This document shows positions 37,427-46,169 of a stretch of 64,000 nt of DNA, piece by piece. A program made the translations under genes and the position numbers. The notes beneath the pieces were generated by a model. It ran no database searches. It was not told where the DNA came from and worked only from the letters and a program-made list of their open reading frames with translations. Numbering within the stretch: the stretch's first letter is position 1; every line of letters begins with the position of its first letter. Origin of the DNA: Phycisphaerae bacterium (GTDB taxonomy: Bacteria > Planctomycetota > Phycisphaerae > Phycisphaerales > UBA5793); the NCBI GenBank assembly GCA_039794345.1, contig JBDIVQ010000004.1:126-64125 (forward strand). Reading direction: 5' to 3'.

Positions 37427-38599
37427 GCCCGGCGCTGCGGGGAGCGGCCGGCACCACCAGCGCCACGGAAACGCATCGATGCGCGGCGGCTGGAACATCT
37501 GCACCAGTCCAGGCTGATCCTCAAGGCGAACCTCGCGCGCGCCGCCTTCCACTCGCACCGAGGAGCGGCTGACGGCGGCAATCCGGCAGGGTGAGGCGTC
37601 GGCGAGGCGGCTGATCGCGTGCGTGATCGACACGCCCTGGCGCTCGCTCGCCCAGGTCAACATCATCGGATAGCCCAGCAGCCATGCCGACCGCTGGAAC
37701 TCGGCGCGCGGCGTGCGGTCGCCCCGGATGATCCGCGGGGCCTGACCGTCGGCGAAGATCATCAAGGTGGGAGCAAGCTGAATGTACTTGCGGATGATGA
37801 TGAGATCCCCGATCGCGGCGCCGCCCGGCCAGGCGACGCGGGCGGTCAAAAAGCGCCGCAACCCCTCGCCGATCGGACCACTCCCGCGAAAGTGATCCAG
37901 GCTGCCGTCCGCATCGTCGAGGACGAGCGTGCGCCGGCCGCCGGAGGGATCGGTCCAGGTGATCGTTCCGCTCGCCGACCCGCTGGGGCACGCGGGCAGC
38001 CAGTCATGCTGCGCCCCGGCCGGCGAATCGGGAAGGAACTGCCGGGAGTAGGTCGGCGTGTGAAAGCGCGGCGCCAGAGTGAGTCGCACGCTCAGAGTGC
38101 GGCCCGCGGCGGCTCCCGGCTGAACGATGTGCCGCCAGCCCGTGGTCGTGCAGGGAGCGTCAAGCGTCAGACGCCACCCTTGGTCATGAGCCGCCAGGCG
38201 GCCGCCCGCGAAGTCGATCGACCACGGCGCAGCGGTGCCGGACTCGATGAATGAACGTGGATCGATCGCGAGGTCGGAGCGCGCCGCCAGCCGCCCGCGC
38301 GAGAAGACGGCAGTGCGAAGGGCTGCGGCCGCGGTCTTCCGCCCCAGCGCCGCCTCAATGAACCGTCCGGCGCGGATCTGCCGCACGTGGCGCCGGTAGG
38401 TCGGGCTGAACGCATCGCCGAAGTGGATGGAGCACAGCAGGCCCGATCCCCCCGCGTCGAGGGCGCTGAGTTCCCACCATTCGTACGCGCCGAGTTCCTC
38501 CGTCCACGCGGCGCGGTTGTGGGCGTGGATGGCGCGAGTGTCCGCCGGCCGCAGGCGCAACTCCGGGTGCTGCTCGGCGAGTTCGGTGATCTCCGGCAC
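37409..38599 (-). CDS. CrtC-like (carotenoid 1,2-hydratase / hydroxyneurosporene synthase family) protein
   Basis: LGAYEWWELSALDAGGSGLLCSIHFGDAFSPTY resembles the CrtC N-terminal block (GGY-WWY-DA-SDDG...FSPYY) as I remember it. The ORF-track start 38839 overlaps mraY, so the start is provisionally GTG 38599. The start is uncertain. Confidence 0.45.
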   Translation of the reverse strand: MPEITELAEQHPELRLRPADTRAIHAHNRAAWTEELGAYEWWELSALDAGGSGLLCSIHFGDAFSPTYRRHVRQIRAGRFIEAALGRKTAAAALRTAVFSRGRLAARSDLAIDPRSFIESGTAAPWSIDFAGGRLAAHDQGWRLTLDAPCTTTGWRHIVQPGAAAGRTLSVRLTLAPRFHTPTYSRQFLPDSPAGAQHDWLPACPSGSASGTITWTDPSGGRRTLVLDDADGSLDHFRGSGPIGEGLRRFLTARVAWPGGAAIGDLIIIRKYIQLAPTLMIFADGQAPRIIRGDRTPRAEFQRSAWLLGYPMMLTWASERQGVSITHAISRLADASPCRIAAVSRSSVRVEGGAREVRLEDQPGLVQMFQPPRIDAFPWRWWCRPLPAAPGSGGGK

Positions 38600-38688
38600 G
38601 GGGCAAGGATAGGAACCCAGCCGCGGAGCGGGACCGGGCGGGCCGTCCAGTGTCGGACCTCTATCGTGTCTTCTTCCCAGCGTTCCCC

Positions 38689-39855
38689 TCAGCGCAGGCG
38701 GATCGTCGCGAGGGCCACCGCGGCGAGAATGGCGGTGATGAGCCAGAAGCGCACCACGACCTGCTGCTCCGTCCATCCCCCGAGGTGAAAGTGGTGGTGG
38801 ATCGGCGCGCAGCGGAAGATGCGCTTGCCCCGGCTCCACTTGAAGTAGCCGACCTGGAGGACGACGCTGAGGATCTCAACGTAGTAGACGCCGCCGATGA
38901 GCAGCAGGAGGAACTCCTGGCGGATGACGACGGCGATGTAGGCCATGGCGGCGCCGAGGGCGAGCGAGCCGGTGTCGCCCATGAAGACCTGCGCCGGCGA
39001 GCAGTTGTACCAGAGAAACCCGAGGCACGCGCCGGCCATCGCCCCCGCCATCACCGCCAGTTCGTTGCTGTAGGGGATGTAGGGCATCAGCAGTTGCTTG
39101 GCGATCTCTTCCGACCCGACGACGCCGCAGAGAATCATGAGCGAAAAGGAGCAGATGGTGGCAATTCCCCCCGCGAGGCCGTCCATCCCGTCGGACATGT
39201 TCACCGCGTTCGATGAGCCGGCGATCATGAGAACGGCGAGGAGGGTGAAGCCCCACGCGGGCAGTTGCCAGAGCAGTTCCGGCTCGTCCGTGCCCGGTTT
39301 GAAGGCGCGCACGAGAGGCAGCGCGGGGAAACTGTGGGTCATCTCCGGATTCTGCAGGCCGTACCGGTAGACGAAGAACCCGGCAAGGAACGCGAAGCCG
39401 AGTTGGAAGAGGAGTTTCTCCCACGCGTGCAGCCCCTCGCGGGCGCCCTGGCCGCGCCGGGCATTCGTCAGTTTGAGCCAGTCGTCGATGCCGCCGAGGA
39501 CCGCCATGCCCAGCAGGAGGATCAACCCGAGATTGACGTAGAAGACGCGGAGGTCCGCCAGGAGCAGCGAAGCGGCGAGAACGGCCCCGCTGATCAGCAC
39601 GCCGCCCATGGTCGGCGTGTTCGCCTTCTGCGCCATCAGGCGGTTGAGATCAGCGTGGTAAAACTCCGGGGCGTCGCCGACCTTCTGCCGCAGCAGCCAG
39701 CGAATCACCGGCCGCCCCAGCACCACCACGAACAGAAACGAGAAGATCACCGCCGAAATGGCGCGGAAGTCCACCCGGTCGAAGATCCGAACGTAGCCGT
39801 AGAGTTGATTGCTCTCCAGCCAGCCGCGGATGAGGTTGAGCAGGGCGACGATCAT
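38689..39855 (-). CDS. mraY: Phospho-N-acetylmuramoyl-pentapeptide transferase
   Basis: 388 aa with KANTPTMGG, NAVNMSDGMDGLA, FMGDTGSLALG and APIHHHF. Confidence 0.95.
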   Translation of the reverse strand: MIVALLNLIRGWLESNQLYGYVRIFDRVDFRAISAVIFSFLFVVVLGRPVIRWLLRQKVGDAPEFYHADLNRLMAQKANTPTMGGVLISGAVLAASLLLADLRVFYVNLGLILLLGMAVLGGIDDWLKLTNARRGQGAREGLHAWEKLLFQLGFAFLAGFFVYRYGLQNPEMTHSFPALPLVRAFKPGTDEPELLWQLPAWGFTLLAVLMIAGSSNAVNMSDGMDGLAGGIATICSFSLMILCGVVGSEEIAKQLLMPYIPYSNELAVMAGAMAGACLGFLWYNCSPAQVFMGDTGSLALGAAMAYIAVVIRQEFLLLLIGGVYYVEILSVVLQVGYFKWSRGKRIFRCAPIHHHFHLGGWTEQQVVVRFWLITAILAAVALATIRLR

Positions 39856-39963
39856 CGTGAACGATTCGCAGGCAGCGCCAGGCGCACGGCGCTCGCGCGC
39901 GGGGGTGCGATCCGGATTCGCACTGGCTTTATCGACCCGTCCGGGGCCGACGCGTTGGGATTC

Positions 39964-41433
39964 TCAGCCCCGGGTGGCGCCCGGAAGGACCGACGATCGG
40001 CGCGGCGCATCGAACCGCTCCCGAACCGCGGCGACGATCCGCTCCAGGCGCATCCCGCGCGATCCCTTGACCAGGATGCGGTCCCTCTCGCCGAGCCGTT
40101 CGACGAGGTCGGCGATGGTCGCGTCGCTGAGGTCCTCCGCGTGATGCACCTCGATGCGCGCATCGTGCTGCAGCGTTTCAGCCGCGATTCGCATGTGCGG
40201 ACCGATGAGAATCGCCAGGCCGGGCGGGGCGGCCCCCTCGGATTCGTCGAGAAGGGTCTCCGCCATCTCCGCGTGGGCGGCTTCAGTCAGATCGCCCAGT
40301 TCAAGCATGTCGCCGAGGATGACGACGCTCCGCCGGTCGGCCTCGTCGCCGAGTTGGCGGAAGGTGCGGATCGAAGCCTTCATCGACTCCGGGTTGGCGT
40401 TGTAGCAGTCGTCGAAGAGTTCGACGCTCCCGAGGCGATGGAGGACGAAGCGCATCTCCGGCGGTTCGATCTTGAGCAGGCCCGCCTGAATCTCGGCATC
40501 GGTCAGGCCGCAGCGGCGGCCGACGGCGATCGCCGCCGTCGCATTGCACGCGTGGTGCATGCCGTAAAGCGGCAGGCGCCAGGGCGTGCGGTCGTTGAGG
40601 ATGAAGGTCGTCCCCACGCTCGTGACCGAACACTGGCAGATCCGCAGGTTGGCGTCAGTCGAGAAGCCGAACGTGATGCCGCGCTCCATCGGTTCGATGT
40701 GCGGAAGGATCGCGGGCTCGTCGATGCACACGGCCGCCCAGCCGCCGAGGGCCAGCGCGCCGAGAATGGAGGCCTTTTCGCTCGCCACGCCTTCGAGGGA
40801 GCCCAGGCCCTCGAGATGCACGCGGCCGATGCTGGTGATGATGGCAATGTCCGGTTCGACGATCGCCGCCAGGTCGGCGATCTCGCCGGGGTGGTTCGTC
40901 CCCACCTCGCAGATGACGTACTGGTCGCGCGGCTGAGCGGCGAGAATCGTCAGCGGCACGCCGACGTGGTTGTTGAAACTCTTCGGACTGCCCGAGACGC
41001 GAAATCGCTGTCCAAGAACGGCCAGGAGCATCTGCTTGGTCGTCGTCTTGCCGCTCGAGCCGGTGACCGCGATGAACCGGGTCAGGCCGAGATGCTGCCG
41101 ATACGCCGCCGCGAGCCGGGCCAGCGCCTTCATCGTGTCCTCGACGAGCAGGACGTACAGGTTCGCCGGCCAGTGACTCATCTCCGCGGGCGATCGATGA
41201 ACGATGAGCATGGGCGCGCCGCGATTCACGGCGTCATCGAGGTGATCGTGTCCGTCGAATCGCTCGCCGCGCAGGGCCAGGAAGACCTGCCCGGCGCCAA
41301 GCGTGCGCGAATCGGTGCCCAGGCCCCCGGGCGCGGTCCGGGCCCCGCCCTCCAGCGGCCGGCGCAGCCAGCGCCCCCCGCCGGCGGCGGTGCGCAGTGT
41401 TTCCGGATCCCAGAATGGCTCGCCGCCGCTCAT
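39964..41433 (-). CDS. murF: UDP-N-acetylmuramoyl-tripeptide--D-alanyl-D-alanine ligase
   Basis: ATG 41433 overlaps the murE stop (ATGA). 489 aa with GTDSRTLGAGQVFLALRGERFDGH and AVTGSSGKTTTK. The ORF-track upstream extension is rejected. Confidence 0.9.
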   Translation of the reverse strand: MSGGEPFWDPETLRTAAGGGRWLRRPLEGGARTAPGGLGTDSRTLGAGQVFLALRGERFDGHDHLDDAVNRGAPMLIVHRSPAEMSHWPANLYVLLVEDTMKALARLAAAYRQHLGLTRFIAVTGSSGKTTTKQMLLAVLGQRFRVSGSPKSFNNHVGVPLTILAAQPRDQYVICEVGTNHPGEIADLAAIVEPDIAIITSIGRVHLEGLGSLEGVASEKASILGALALGGWAAVCIDEPAILPHIEPMERGITFGFSTDANLRICQCSVTSVGTTFILNDRTPWRLPLYGMHHACNATAAIAVGRRCGLTDAEIQAGLLKIEPPEMRFVLHRLGSVELFDDCYNANPESMKASIRTFRQLGDEADRRSVVILGDMLELGDLTEAAHAEMAETLLDESEGAAPPGLAILIGPHMRIAAETLQHDARIEVHHAEDLSDATIADLVERLGERDRILVKGSRGMRLERIVAAVRERFDAPRRSSVLPGATRG

Positions 41434-42968
41434 GCTTGTGCCGCCTGCGGCTCGGGGATCGGCCCGAAACGCGCCTGAAGCGTCGCGGCCGCGATGAGCC
41501 GGTCGTCGAAGGGGTACTTCTTCGTTCCGATGATCTGGTAGTCTTCGTGACCCTTGCCCGCGATCACGATGACATCGCCCGCCCGCGCCTCCGCGATGCA
41601 CCGCACGATCGCCGCCTTGCGATCGACCTCGACCGTGACCTCCGCGGCGCTGTCGGAAGGAACGCCGGCGAGAATCTCCTCGACGATGGCGCGGGGATCC
41701 TCCGTGCGCGGGTTGTCGCTGGTTACAAAGACGCGCTCGGCCAGTCGGCAGGCGACAACGGCCATGCGCGGCCGCTTGGTGCGGTCGCGATCCCCCCCGC
41801 AGCCGAAGACGACGGTGAGGCGTCCGCCATCGGGCACAGTCGGACTGGCGGCGCGGAGCACATTGGCGAGCGCATCGTCGGTGTGGGCGTAGTCCACAAA
41901 GACGGTGAAGGGAGCCAGCGGATGGCGAACGGGCTCGAGACGCCCCGGCGGAGCCGTGCAATGCGACAGACCCTGCGCCAGGACCTCGCACGGCACGCCG
42001 CACCACGCCGCCGCGCATGCCGCCTGCAGCGCGTTGCTCACGTTGTGGCGACCGATGAGCGGCAGGTCGATTTCGAACGTTCCCCAGGGGCCGGAGAACT
42101 CGGCGGACGTCCGCGCCGGGCCGAGCATGCTGATCGCCGCGACCGCCTCGTCTTCGCCGGCCTGTGCTGACTGGTCCGTCAGCCTCGTTCGGCGGATTGG
42201 CGCCGGGCACGCCGCGGCCATCGTCTCCGCTGCCGGATCGTCGGCGTTAAGAATCGCCAGTCCGCCGGGGGGCAGCGAGGTGAAGAGCATCGCCTTCGCC
42301 GCCGCGTACGCCTCCATCGACCCGTGGTAGTCGAGATGATCGCCCGTCAGGTTGGTGAAGACACCCAGGTCGAACTCGAGTGCGGCGGTGCGCCCCTGGT
42401 GCAGCGCGTGGCTCGACACTTCCATGACCGCCAGCGAGCACCCGTTCGCCACCATGCGGGCGAAGTTCCGGCTCAGGTCGATGGCGGAGGGGGTCGTCAG
42501 GTTCGAGGGCCGGCGCGACTTGCCGTCGTCGGTGAGGACCGTGCCGACGAGCCCGCACTTCCATCCGGCGCCGGCGAGCAGTTGCCGGATGAGGTGCGTG
42601 GTCGTCGTCTTGCCGTTGGTTCCGGTGACGCCGATGAGCGTGAGCGTGCTGGAGGGTCGGCCGAAGAAGACTTCCGCCGTCGTGGCCATCACGTCTCCGA
42701 ACGCGGAAGCGCCGTTGGCGGGGCAGAGCAGCGTGGCGCGCCCGACCTCGAGGGAGTCCTCCTCAGCGAGGATTCCTGTCGCACCGCGCTCCAGCGCTTC
42801 AGCGATGAACTGCCGCCCATCGCTCTTGGCGCCTCCGCGCGCGATGAAGAGACAGCCCGGCGTGACCAGCCGGCTGTCCTCGGTGATCTCTTCGAAGCGG
42901 CGGTCCGCGGCGCCGCGAACGACGCGCAAACCCGCCTCCTCAACCAGTTCACGCAACGCGATGCGCAT
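41430..42968 (-). CDS. murE: UDP-N-acetylmuramoyl-L-alanyl-D-glutamate--2,6-diaminopimelate ligase
   Basis: 512 aa with GVTGTNGKTTT. TSDNPRTEDP contains the DNPR motif associated with meso-DAP-adding enzymes. Confidence 0.95.
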   Translation of the reverse strand: MRIALRELVEEAGLRVVRGAADRRFEEITEDSRLVTPGCLFIARGGAKSDGRQFIAEALERGATGILAEEDSLEVGRATLLCPANGASAFGDVMATTAEVFFGRPSSTLTLIGVTGTNGKTTTTHLIRQLLAGAGWKCGLVGTVLTDDGKSRRPSNLTTPSAIDLSRNFARMVANGCSLAVMEVSSHALHQGRTAALEFDLGVFTNLTGDHLDYHGSMEAYAAAKAMLFTSLPPGGLAILNADDPAAETMAAACPAPIRRTRLTDQSAQAGEDEAVAAISMLGPARTSAEFSGPWGTFEIDLPLIGRHNVSNALQAACAAAWCGVPCEVLAQGLSHCTAPPGRLEPVRHPLAPFTVFVDYAHTDDALANVLRAASPTVPDGGRLTVVFGCGGDRDRTKRPRMAVVACRLAERVFVTSDNPRTEDPRAIVEEILAGVPSDSAAEVTVEVDRKAAIVRCIAEARAGDVIVIAGKGHEDYQIIGTKKYPFDDRLIAAATLQARFGPIPEPQAAQA

Positions 42969-43065
42969 GCGCCTGCTTGCCGTTTCTCCCCGGCAAAGGA
43001 TATCGTCGAACGCCGGATCGCGCGTGCAGATTTGGAGAGGCGCCGGCCGCGGCGCGCCCGGAGAC

Positions 43066-45147
43066 TCAAACCGGTCTGAGGCCTGCGAGAATCGTCGCGC
43101 GGCCGTGGCTGGCCACCTCCTCGCGCAGCAGGTCGATGAACCGCTCCAGCGGCACGCTTCCGATGTCGCCCGCAGTGCGGTGGCGGATGCTCACCGTACC
43201 CGCCTCGGCGTCCTTGCCGCCGACGATGAGCATGTAGGGGGTCTTCTCCTCCGTCGCGGTGCGGATCTTCGCCTGAAGGCGCTCGGGTGACTCATCAAGG
43301 CTGACGCGAAAAGCCCCGGCCCCGGCGATCGCCCCATGCACCTTCCGGGCGTAGTCGGCGAACTTCTCTGAGATGCTCAGGATGCGCACCTGCTCGGGAC
43401 TGAGCCAGAGCGGGAAGTCGCCGGCGAAGTGCTCGATGAGAATCCCGATGAAGCGCTCCAGCGAGCCGAAGGGCGCGCAGTGGATCATGATCGGGCGGTG
43501 CTTCTCATTGTCGGCGCCGATGTAGTTGAGGCCGAAGCGCTCCGGCAGGTTGTAGTCCACCTGTACGGTGCCCAGTTGCCATTCGCGTCCGATGCAGTCC
43601 TTGGCGACGAAGTCGATCTTCGGGCCGTAGAACGCCGCCTCGCCCGGCTCGATCGAGTAGGGTACGCCCATTCCTTTGGCCGCCTCGATGCAGACTTTCT
43701 CCGCCAGCGCCCAGTTCTCCGCCGAGCCGACGTACTTGCTGCTGCCCGGATCGCGCAGGCCGACCCGCACGCGGTAGTCGTTGAGGCCGATCTCCGCCAG
43801 GACCATCCGCGCCAGTTCGATGTCGATGTCGATCTCGCGGCTGAGTTGATCCGGTGTGCAGAAGATGTGCGAGTCATCCTGGGTGAAGCCGCGCACCCGG
43901 GTCATGCCGTGGCACTCGCCGGACTGCTCATAGCGGTAGACGGTGCCGAACTCGGCGAGGCGGATGGGCAGGTTGCGGTAACTGTGCTGGTCCGCCTCGT
44001 AGATCTTGATGTGATGCGGGCAGTTCATCGGCTTGAGCAGAAAGCCGTCCACCTCCGGCGCGGCCATGGCATTGGCGATGTCGGCGCAGCCGCAGCCTCC
44101 GCCCTGCGCCAGCAGCGAACGGCTCAACCCCTCCGCCTCGACGAGAGGCGGGAACTGCGAGTCGGCGTAGTAGGGGAAGTGCCCGCTCGTGCGATAGAGG
44201 TTCAACTTGCCGATGTGTGGCGTATTCACCCACACAAAGCCTCGATCGCTCCGCGCCTTGCGAAGGAACTCTTCGAGTTCGCGGCGGATGATCGCCCCGT
44301 TGGGCAGCCAGAGCACCAGCCCGGTTCCGACATCCTCGTTGAGGCTGATGAGGCGCAGTTGTTTTCCGATCACGCGGTGATCGCGCTTGCGGGCCTCATC
44401 GAGCATTTTGAGATGATGGTCGAGGTCTTTCTGGTTGGCGAAGGCGGTGCCGTAGACGCGAGTCAGCCGGTCGCTGTTCTCGTCGCCGTGCCAGTAGGAG
44501 GAGGCGAGGGACATGACCTTGAACGCGCCGATGCGCCCCGTGCTGGGCACGTGCGGTCCGCGGCAGAGGTCTTCCCAGTCTTCGCCGGGTTTGCCCGTGG
44601 CATAAAACGAGAGACGGTCCGACCCCGCCTCGATCGCTTTGCGCGCGTTGTCGATCTTGTACTTCGAGCCTTCGTGCTCCAGTTTCTTCATCCCTTCACT
44701 CATCGGCATCTCGTAGCGGCAGAAGGGGCGATTGGCCCGGATGATCTCCGCCATGATCCGCTCGACCTCGGCGAACTCATCGCTGCTGAGCGACTTCCCC
44801 TCGGGAAAGCGCATGTCGTAGTAGAAGCCGCTGTCCACCGGCGGGCCGTAGACGAGTTGAGTGCCCGGCTTGAGCCTCTGGATCGCTTCGGCCATGACGT
44901 GCGCCGCCGAGTGACGCAGCAAGTAGAGCGCATCGGGATCGGGCTGCCCGTCGCGGGTCTTCTCCGTGACGATCGAGACTTTCGCATCGCGGTCGATGAG
45001 GTGGCCGAGGTCGTGGAGTTGCCCATCGACCTTGACCCCCAGCGCCGCCTTGGCCAGCCCCGGTCCGATCGACGCGGCGATCTGCGCGCCGCTTACCGGC
45101 TCGGGGTACTCGCGAACGCTTCCATCAGGCAGTGTAATGCGAGGCAT
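43066..45147 (-). CDS. thrS: Threonine--tRNA ligase
   Basis: MPRITLPDGSVREY start at ATG 45147 with AAGGA 8 nt upstream. TGS, editing and class II catalytic blocks: HSAAHVMA, FRVMSLASSYWHGD, CGPHH-like MNCPHHIKIY and HCAPFGSLERF. Confidence 0.95.
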   Translation of the reverse strand: MPRITLPDGSVREYPEPVSGAQIAASIGPGLAKAALGVKVDGQLHDLGHLIDRDAKVSIVTEKTRDGQPDPDALYLLRHSAAHVMAEAIQRLKPGTQLVYGPPVDSGFYYDMRFPEGKSLSSDEFAEVERIMAEIIRANRPFCRYEMPMSEGMKKLEHEGSKYKIDNARKAIEAGSDRLSFYATGKPGEDWEDLCRGPHVPSTGRIGAFKVMSLASSYWHGDENSDRLTRVYGTAFANQKDLDHHLKMLDEARKRDHRVIGKQLRLISLNEDVGTGLVLWLPNGAIIRRELEEFLRKARSDRGFVWVNTPHIGKLNLYRTSGHFPYYADSQFPPLVEAEGLSRSLLAQGGGCGCADIANAMAAPEVDGFLLKPMNCPHHIKIYEADQHSYRNLPIRLAEFGTVYRYEQSGECHGMTRVRGFTQDDSHIFCTPDQLSREIDIDIELARMVLAEIGLNDYRVRVGLRDPGSSKYVGSAENWALAEKVCIEAAKGMGVPYSIEPGEAAFYGPKIDFVAKDCIGREWQLGTVQVDYNLPERFGLNYIGADNEKHRPIMIHCAPFGSLERFIGILIEHFAGDFPLWLSPEQVRILSISEKFADYARKVHGAIAGAGAFRVSLDESPERLQAKIRTATEEKTPYMLIVGGKDAEAGTVSIRHRTAGDIGSVPLERFIDLLREEVASHGRATILAGLRPV

Positions 45148-45188
45148 GACTGGTTCCTTCAACGTCGTTCACCCATCGACCCTCAAAG

Positions 45189-45210
45189 CCCCGGCCCTCC
45201 CGGGCCGGGG
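45189..45210 (-). other. Perfect 9-bp GC hairpin in the thrS 5' leader
   Basis: On the minus-sense RNA: CCCCGGCCC-GGGA-GGGCCGGGG followed by CUUUGAGGG. It lies between the attenuator terminator and the thrS ribosome-binding site. Confidence 0.4.
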
Positions 45211-45232
45211 AGGAGTTTCACCACGAACCCCC

Positions 45233-45270
45233 AAAACAAACAACGCACGGCTCCCTCATCGGCCGTGCGT
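45233..45270 (-). terminator. Intrinsic terminator of the thrS leader (attenuator)
   Basis: Minus-sense ACGCACGGC-N10-GCCGUGCGU (45270..45243) followed directly by UGUUUGUUUU (45242..45233), 85 nt upstream of the thrS ATG. Confidence 0.6.
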
Positions 45271-45301
45271 CATCCAATCCATCGCTGAGCGCACCAACCG
45301 A

Positions 45302-45361
45302 TCACGGCCGCGTGGTTGCGGTCGTCGTGGGGGTCGTGGCAGTGGTGCGGTTCAGTTTCAT
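45302..45361 (-). CDS. Thr-rich leader peptide (19 codons) of a putative thrS attenuator
   Basis: ATG AAA CTG AAC CGC ACC ACT GCC ACG ACC CCC ACG ACG ACC GCA ACC ACG CGG CCG TGA encodes MKLNRTTATTPTTTATTRP, with 9 Thr in 19 codons. Too short for the ORF track; found by hand translation. Confidence 0.6.
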   Translation of the reverse strand: MKLNRTTATTPTTTATTRP

Positions 45362-45384
45362 GTGAGATAAAGCCTAGTCAGCGT

Positions 45385-46080
45385 TCACGCCGGGTCAATC
45401 GGCCGCACGCCGCGGCCGCTTGAGGGCCGGGCCGTCGCGGTCGGTTCGGCGGCCGGCTCGCTCCGCCGGTTCATCCGCAGCATCAGCAGGCCGATGCCGC
45501 TGAGCAGCAGCACATCGGCGATATTGAAGACCCAGGGAAAGACCTCCGAGTTGCCTCCCGGCCAGGTCCAGTTCAGCGGCAGGTGCGTCTCCGGGAGGAT
45601 CTTCAGAAAGTCCCTCACCGCGCCGTACATGATCCGGTCGAAGAGATTGCCGATCGCTCCGGCCAGGATGCACCCGATCGCGAAGTGCGCCAGCGCATCG
45701 CCGGATCGCGTGCGGCAGGCGAAGACGTAAAACCCGACGACGACGGCAATGAGCGTGAACGCGACGAAGAAGATCCGCTGCCCCGGCCCGATGCCGAAGA
45801 CCGCCCCGCGATTGAGCACGAGGTGCAGATCGAGAATGTTCGGGATCGCCTCGAAGTGCGCGTCCGGCGGCGGATGCCAGTTCGGATCGGAGAGAATGAC
45901 CTCCCGATCGAGCACGATCGCCTCATCGCCGATAAAGGCGAACGCAGCGCTCTTGGAGGCGAGGTCCATCACCAGACCCAGAAGCATCACCGCCAGAAGC
46001 AGCAGCCACGACGCGACGGATCGTCCCGCCGGCGGACGGACATCAGAACCGGGAAACTTCAGCGAGCGCTCTTGCATCAT
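45385..46080 (-). CDS. lspA: Lipoprotein signal peptidase (signal peptidase II)
   Basis: Start at ATG 46080 (MMQERS). 231 aa with LNRGAVFGIG, GNLFDRIMYGAVRDFL and VFNIADVLL. Confidence 0.85.
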   Translation of the reverse strand: MMQERSLKFPGSDVRPPAGRSVASWLLLLAVMLLGLVMDLASKSAAFAFIGDEAIVLDREVILSDPNWHPPPDAHFEAIPNILDLHLVLNRGAVFGIGPGQRIFFVAFTLIAVVVGFYVFACRTRSGDALAHFAIGCILAGAIGNLFDRIMYGAVRDFLKILPETHLPLNWTWPGGNSEVFPWVFNIADVLLLSGIGLLMLRMNRRSEPAAEPTATARPSSGRGVRPIDPA

Positions 46081-46169
46081 GGAGCAGAATGGTAGGAAGT
46101 GCGCCCGCGCCTCTCCGCCCTCGACGGCGCCGTGCAAGCCCGATGTGCGCGGATCGGCGCCGGCCGAAC

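Noticed and set aside
45163-45384. Possible tRNA gene or T-box riboswitch in the 220-nt thrS upstream region
   Set aside because: I could not build a cloverleaf or find a GGTTCGAATCC-like T-arm, and there is no T-box consensus or specifier-loop architecture. The region is better explained by the leader peptide and hairpins.
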